Shown here: piece after piece, positions 59,001 through 64,000 of the stretch
How positions within the stretch are numbered: position 1 is the first letter of the stretch
How the letters are laid out: each line of letters starts with the position of its first letter
DNA from: Catajapyx aquilonaris
Taxonomy: Eukaryota
NCBI GenBank assembly: GCA_000934665.2
Contig: JYFJ02001187.1
Location: 1-64,000, forward strand
Direction of reading: 5' to 3'
DNA: 64,000 nt
Translations under genes and position numbers: made by a program
Notes under the pieces: model-generated
Databases searched by the model: none
Seen by the model: the letters and a program-made list of their open reading frames with translations, nothing else
What the model was told of the DNA's origin: nothing

Positions 59001-59855
59001 GGGTTAACGAGGTAGACGACCAGAAACATAATGTTTAAATATAATGTTTAAATAAATGTTAACATAAATCCATTGGTCCGCTTGAAAATCACGACTGTTG
59101 AGATTTGCAAGGTCATCTCTTTCACAGAAGTGACTATCACCAGATCCACCACTCATATCCTACAACTTCGGCAACCATTGGCCAATGTTTCTGGTCATCT
59201 ACCTCGTTAACGGTTGGTCCCTTGACATTTCTCACCCCTACATTTTCGACTTGTTTTGGCCCAAGGAATATGCTGACGGCCGTTGGCTGTACTAATTAGA
59301 AACACCCTGTATACTGCAAGGGTCAGATTAACAGTTCTGAATTACCTGTGAAATTCTTGCAGAACTCACTTAAAGATGGATTCTCAATAGGCATCACATA
59401 TTGCAGAAACTGAGCCTCTACTTTTCCTGTGGAAGCATTTAGGAGTACTGCTGGGAACTCAATTATCTCTGGAACGAAGCTGATGCCTGATGTCTTCTCC
59501 CAGCAGGTGGACTCCAAATCAATGACTACGAAGTACTTGAAAACCTGCTCTGTGGATAAAAAATTGTGAGCCTTACTATTATGCAAATATACCAGAATTT
59601 AAAAATTTAAATAAACACTCCACACCTGCATTGGTTCTGATTTTCTTCACTTTCTTCAAGAACCCCAACTTCCTGCAAGTACACCACAGCAAAACTCATT
59701 ATACCATCATATTACTCAATGCTGCTGTCTGGTGAAGTGATTATAATGCTTGGATTAATGTATGTAACAGCTTGAAATTAAATCAATAATTTAAAATTAA
59801 ATTAAAATAGCTTCCTAAATTATTTTACTAACCTGGCCAGGTCCTTTGATGACAT
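53040..59855 (-). CDS. ERI2: ERI1 exoribonuclease family member 2 (Snipper-like DEDDh 3'-5' exonuclease), about 247 aa, 6 coding exons
   Basis: Exons (-): 59855-59833, 59672-59626, 59549-59346, 58256-58098, 53410-53310, 53249-53040 (744 nt, GT-AG, in phase). N-terminus MSSKDLARKLG (ERI2-type); VVIDLESTCW, EIIEFPAVLLN, LSEFCKNFTGITQ, TWTDWDLGICL, WIDLK, GREHSGMDDALNTAKL; all DEDDh residues present. The exact C-terminus could differ (possible donor at 53077). Confidence 0.93.
53536..53929 (-). mobile_element. tRNA-derived SINE, family B, copy 2 (53536-53820) plus an extra head fragment (53881-53929)
   Basis: Colinear with 13725-13989; B box GGTTCGAATCC; (ATC)n tail. Confidence 0.85.
53985..55830. 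mobile_element. 1.85-kb fold-back element built from an inverted duplication of the 5' half of a Tc1-like transposon
   Basis: CCTTACCCAAATCCCTGGG ... CCCAGGGATTTGGGTAAGG|TA. Arms 53985-54690 / 54851-55830 with a spacer of about 160 nt. Arms encode frameshifted Tc1 N-terminal relics (VALREKIIKK; KKRPRPLKSTTA*EDRMLRWIVRKN; TMKRLKDTKYRSYKSKVKPLLT). Confidence 0.85.
55175..55412. mobile_element. MITE inserted in the right arm of the fold-back element
   Basis: TIR core CTTGCTCTTACTGGCGTGCGGGAAG / CTTCCCATACACCGGTAAGAGCAAG; 8-bp TSD GCTTTTTG (55167-55174, 55413-55420); the left arm shows the empty site; internal GGTTAGG motifs. Confidence 0.85.
55981..56258. mobile_element. Tc1/mariner-type MITE (CAGGGTGTTTCT family)
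   Basis: CAGGTTGTTTCTTACTAGTA...GGCCCAAAACAA / TTGTTTTGGGCC...TACTAGTAAGAAACACC. Confidence 0.7.
56319..57581. mobile_element. Rearranged mariner (DD34D-type) relic containing a SINE
   Basis: TIRs GAGATGCTACCCAAAAGT / ACTTTTGGGTAGCACCTTG|TA. N-terminal relic EQRKFCLKLGKSA...AFGDNALG (-). C-terminal SPDLATCDFFLLPKMKIKLKGRF (+) with an inverted copy at 56528-56600. Confidence 0.8.
57198..57525 (+). mobile_element. tRNA-derived SINE, family D, copy 2
   Basis: A box TGGCTGAGATGG and B box GGTTCGATCCC; body matches 32399-32650; tail CCCTAAGAGGTCCATAGGCTCTATCATGGGGTA. Confidence 0.85.
57693..58063. mobile_element. TA-flanked MITE with about 145-bp TIRs
   Basis: TA|CTTACAAGGGAATG...GGTCACCTCCGATTT / AAATCGGAGGTGACC...CATTCCCTTGTTAG|TA; ends about 34 nt from the ERI2 donor at 58097. 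Confidence 0.85.
58905..59309. mobile_element. Tc1/mariner-type MITE (CAGGGTGTTTCT family), best-preserved copy
   Basis: TA|CAGGGTGTTTCTAA...TTAGAAACACCCTG|TA with about 125-bp TIRs. Confidence 0.9.
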
Positions 59856-60120
59856 GATGCTGATCAAGTAGACGTTCAAATAAGTCACTTTGACAAACAC
59901 ATGCACCTGAAAGTCAAGGAAATTTTTATAAATACCCCCATAATTGGTACTCTCTGTGTGCATGTCATTCTCAAATTGCTACAGTCAATCTATGCATTTA
60001 CACAAATCTTATACGAAAGGCACAATCGAGCTCGAGACACACGATGATGTAGGCATGATTCCGGCTCACTTATTGCTATATGGCCAAGTTGATGTCATTG
60101 TAACCACATCTAGAGTATGG

Positions 60121-60331
60121 CAGGGGTCGAAATATTCGGATGCAAAGGTGCAATTTGCACTCCAGAGTGAGCCATGGTGTGCATAGTTTGCACTCCAGTT
60201 GGTCCTGTTTTTTAACATAGCTAAACCCAGTAATTAAAAATTACGCACTCCGAGTAAGCAATTTGCACTCCATATGAAAGTTCGGAGTACAAACTTTGCA
60301 CGTGGACATAAAATTTAAGATTCGACCCCTG
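60121..60331. mobile_element. CAGGGG-terminated MITE with a 6-bp TSD
   Basis: GTATGG|CAGGGGTCGAA ... TTCGACCCCTG|GTATGG; internal TTTGCACTCC repeats. Confidence 0.75.
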
Positions 60332-60779
60332 GTATGGTATATGGAAAGTACCAGTATGGCGTATAAGTTAAGCAATATTGCAATATTCTTACTTTTTGAG
60401 CATTTTATACCCCACAAGACACCAACATGAAATGCTGCGGGATCTGAGTCCCTGAATACTGGCAGATTATCCTGAATGAACATCAATGTATGTCTATGAT
60501 TTGATCACTGTGTCCAAAAACCTTTTTATCCTGTGACGTTAGAGTCCATTCAAAGCAGAACTCCCAAGTACACACAAGCTGCCAATAGTACTCGAACTCT
60601 CGGTTATTTAGATAGTCAACTCGGTAGGATTTGTAAATAAAATAGAAGTGATATGGTTTTTAACTATTGGAGACCTTCCGAACTCAACTATAAGCTAATG
60701 TCGGCTAATGTTAATGGATGTGTTAATGTAAAAACTCGCATCACAATTGGCCCGTGCTTTCAGAGTAGCCAGATGCTAT

Positions 60780-61400
60780 ACGAGCATGCAATACAGAATA
60801 CAGCTCGGAACGGCGCGGATGGGCGCGGAATACTGGACGGTGGACCGCGGTGGACGCAAGCTGAACGTACTCCGTACCACGGCTCCGTACGATACATTCT
60901 TACGTGAACACCGTTAACGTTAGTTTATCGTTGCCGACGGAAAAGCTCACCTTTTCATTTGGCACCATTGGTATGGCGTCAGTTTCTGTTGGCACCACAT
61001 CCGGTCTCCTGTTGCCTGTAGTTACCCCTCTGTAGCCTATTCCTAGCATGTGTTGAGAATCTACGGTTCGCGTAGACTCGTCCGTCCGACGTCGGAAGCA
61101 ATTTGTCTCAAGACCGACTGGTAGATAAACGCCATCCCATGATTGACCAGGTGCCTGGAGTGTAGTTCAAGCGTGAGGTAAAAGACCAACGTGAATATGT
61201 GGCGTTTTTTGATGGACCATTTTGAGTAGTAGATAACCTGTCTCTTCTCGTGATGGACGTCCTACGACTCTGTGATTAGGTTTGGGAAAAGTCTTTTTTC
61301 TCTTCAACACGCTTTTTGTCACGGCTGTGTTGAAAACGTAGGTGGACTGAAGCTAAATTAGCTACCATTTGGACCACTCGTGGCCGGTGTTTTCCCCCCC
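60780..61400. promoter_or_regulatory. CpG-rich bidirectional promoter / first exons of ERI2 (-) and an unidentified gene (+)
   Basis: High CpG density; minus-strand donor GTGAG at 60950; plus-strand donor AG|GTTTGG near 61279. Confidence 0.5.
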
Positions 61401-61874
61401 ACATGAATCAATAGGCGATGTGATCTGTCTATACCAGAATTGTACTACACCGGCCTATTCCGGATAAATTTATTATTTCTCATGGACAGTCAACTTTTGA
61501 CATTGGCTTGAAAGTGTAGGGCATATTGACAGAAGGATGAAAAGACAAAGCTAGTGAGAGTTCAATATGGCACCCATGGCAAGGCGCACTATTCTAGCAA
61601 TCCTTGGAGTGGCAACAGTGTTGGACAGATCACATCCAGTTGCTTTACCTGTAGCGGTGATGTCAGTGGTGGATGTTTCGTAACTGAATGAGCCCTCACT
61701 TCGACCCATTTTCGCGTAAAACCATGTGGTGTGTTCACATCGGAGAGTGGCGGTAGTGGGGTCAGCCTGGTGCACCTGCACCGCGGGCCTCGCAGAAGGG
61801 GTGCGTGGGGACGGAACCCCACCGCCGAGTGTAGTGAGTAATTGGCTCAAGACCAGGTGGCCTTTAATTATATA

Positions 61875-62784
61875 CAGTGTGTTTCTTACTAAGATGTCAT
61901 TCAGCCAGCAGCATACGAACTGGCCCAAAACATGTCAACAATGTAGGGGGGAGAAATATAGAGGGCGACAAGACACATTAGTCTGCACTTAGACACAGAC
62001 TGCAACACACGCGACACCTTTCTGTAGGGCGATCACATGACAGATGAACAGTCCCCAGCATAGAGTTGGTGACAGCAGGCCCTCCCCTTCAGAAGGGCGG
62101 TGCTCTGCCAATCCCTGCCATTACAGTATCAAATATACGGTTATAAATACACAAACACATGCCTAAAGCAGCTAACTCGGTCCAAAAAGAGTCCATCAAT
62201 TTGAGTCGGATAAAGGAAGGTCAGAAGGCCCGCAGCATCTCCAACTTTATGCTCGGGACTGTACCTGTGTATCCACAGTGGTTGCTTAGGAAGCAGGATG
62301 TGAGTAATAATCTGTTGTGTCCTGTCATTTAGTATTTCCTAGCCTGGGGAAGCAGACTGTTACTGTTGACTGGACTGTTAATTGTTGACAGTTGCTATCC
62401 TACTGTTTGGAATCCTTATCAGCTTTGTCAGTGAGCCTAGCTGAGCAGTTAGCCCCAGCTTATGCTCTCCTTGTAACCTTGTTATAATACAACTGCTTCA
62501 CAGCATTATTTTGTGTCCTTGCCGCAATAACATTACTGCTAACGATACGTTGGACTTTCTAGGCAACAAATGCAGGTACACATGCAGGTCCATCTGCCAG
62601 GCGATCTTCCTACAAAAAGATGTTGAGTGTGTTGGTGTGTGTGTCTAGCAACAGACCAATGTGTATGATGGCTACCTTGTTACCAGTTTGTCCCTCGATT
62701 TTTCTCCACTCTACATTTTAAATTGGTTTTGCGCCAACAAGTACACTGCCGGCCTAATAAATACTATTAGTGAGAAACACCCTG
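61875..62784. mobile_element. CAGGGTGTTTCT-family MITE expanded by internal insertion(s), including a possible solo LTR (62313-62568)
   Basis: TA|CAGTGTGTTTCTTACTAA ... TTAGTGAGAAACACCCTG|TA. Internal segment TGTTG...CAACA flanked by AATC/AATG; the solo-LTR call is weak. Confidence 0.6.
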
Positions 62785-62882
62785 TATACTTTCATGGACA
62801 GCTGTGCTGGTTTCAGGCCAGGCTTCTTGCAGCAGTACTATGAGTGTGTAGAGGGCTACCATCCACCTGTCCTGATGACTAT

Positions 62883-63035
62883 GAGCCCTTGCAGACGGGC
62901 CAAGCTTAGCCGCGGCTGGTCGAGGCCGCAACGGTTCACACCTGGCAAGCCACGCCCAGGCCACGGCTTACAAGGTTGGCCAACTTTCTGGAAGTTGGCC
63001 AGCCGCGGCTAAGCTTGGCCCGTCTGCAAGGCCCC
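62883..63035. mobile_element. Tourist/Harbinger-like MITE
   Basis: Perfect 33-bp inverted core CCTTGCAGACGGGCCAAGCTTAGCCGCGGCTGG; 3-bp flanks TAT/TAT. Confidence 0.75.
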
Positions 63036-63427
63036 TATATCCAGAAGACTTGGATGTTCCCCTGGGGGGCATGGTATTGTCACATTGCTATGATGGTGAG
63101 GATGTTGTCGCACAAGCTTAAACCAGCCACTACAGGCTACACTAAACTGTTTAACTGCAGTACTGTATTCAGGCTTGTTCTTCAGATAGTTCAGTTAAGT
63201 TGGGCAGGGAGGTCAGGGAAAGGTGTAGGCTGGGGTTGGCAGGAAAGAGGCGGAGGGAAAGCTCACTGAAATCAAAGAAGACTCATCAGATCACTGTTGA
63301 GAATGACTGCCAGTGTAATACTTTGAAATTCCTGCTCCCTGCAAGACTGTATCTTCGTGTAATTTTTGATTTCATGTTTTTCTCGTATTTCAGCTTCTAC
63401 TTGAATTGACAGACGTCTAGTCCAATT

Positions 63428-63706
63428 ATGGACAGTCACAGTGAGAAAGATGCTGAAGGTGGAACAAGCGTTGTCAAAGGCCAAAAGAAGAAAGCACTGA
63501 AAGCACCTGCTGAAGTGACAACAGTTTCCAAGGTGAAGTGACCAAGATTGTCAAGTTCATTTGAGTATTGTAAATTCTGTTAAGAATAATATAAGTGCTC
63601 ATGATGGGGAGCATTCTCATATCTTTTGTGCAATATTTTTACAGTTAACAAGGCAAACGTCATCTACAGTGGTGGTCAGAAGTGATGTCCGGCCTGGGAA
63701 AAGTAG
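63428..63706 (+). CDS. First coding exons of an unidentified gene continuing beyond the window
   Basis: Strong acceptor TTTTCTCGTATTTCAG (63393), ATG at 63428. Exon to 63532 (MDSHSEKDAEGGTSVVKGQKKKALKAPAEVTTVSK|GT); next exon 63645 to about 63706 in phase (LTRQTSSTVVVRSDVRPGKS). No recognisable domain. Confidence 0.5.
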
Positions 63707-64000
63707 GTTGAAATTTCAAGTCTGTTTAATTCGGAAACTGGAAAAGTTACAGAGATGAACTTCACTGGGTTTTGAAGCTCTAATGATGTAACTTAAATTG
63801 TGTTATACAGATGGCTCAACGATTGTGTGCAGTAACTCGGCTCTTCCGTTATTTTGTCCACCACCTTTTAAGACAGCAGGCGGAGGTGTCATATTTTTTT
63901 TGTTCTTGTGATTTTTGAGCCATTTGTAAACCACACAAAGTGACATAATAGAGATTCCAAACTCAGTAAAGGTCACCTTTGTAACTTTTCCAGTTTTCAA

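Noticed and set aside
63807..64000. Further coding exon of the unidentified gene after TTATACAG
   Set aside because: TA|CAGATGGCTCAAC looks as much like the start of a Tc1-type MITE; cannot be resolved at the window edge.
1..64000. Horizontally acquired prokaryotic or viral genes, U12 introns, selenocysteine recoding
   Set aside because: No long intronless foreign ORF, no RTATCCTT donors at the inferred junctions, and no in-frame TGA in the host genes.

Overview
Eukaryotic, intron-rich animal DNA, most likely an arthropod: the epsin N-terminus MQVNVAGIRRNLKNLAHNYS is nearly identical to Drosophila Liquid facets. It has many 54-80 nt introns plus a few multi-kb introns packed with transposon relics. 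Five complete multi-exon genes were assembled by hand with consistent splice phases: epsin/lqf (-, 556 aa), TMEM94 (+, 1381 aa), MKK3/6 (licorne) (-, 340 aa, one GC-AG intron), MOSMO/C16orf52 (+, 167 aa) and ERI2/Snipper-type DEDDh exonuclease (-, 247 aa). The 5' end of a sixth, unidentified gene (+) is also present. The genes form three head-to-head pairs with CpG-rich intervals. The large introns hold four tRNA-derived SINE families (three share one 3' tail; one has a V-SINE-like core), a degenerate DD41D Tc1/mariner element, and many MITEs (TA-, hAT-, piggyBac-, Sola2- and Harbinger-type), some nested three deep. The most notable recurring pattern is long fold-back palindromes made by inverted duplication of transposase-coding DNA inside introns of conserved genes, which are candidate 'Mu killer'-like hairpin RNA sources. 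No prokaryotic systems, CRISPR arrays or bona fide tRNA/rRNA genes were found. All homology statements are from memory of the families, not from database searches.
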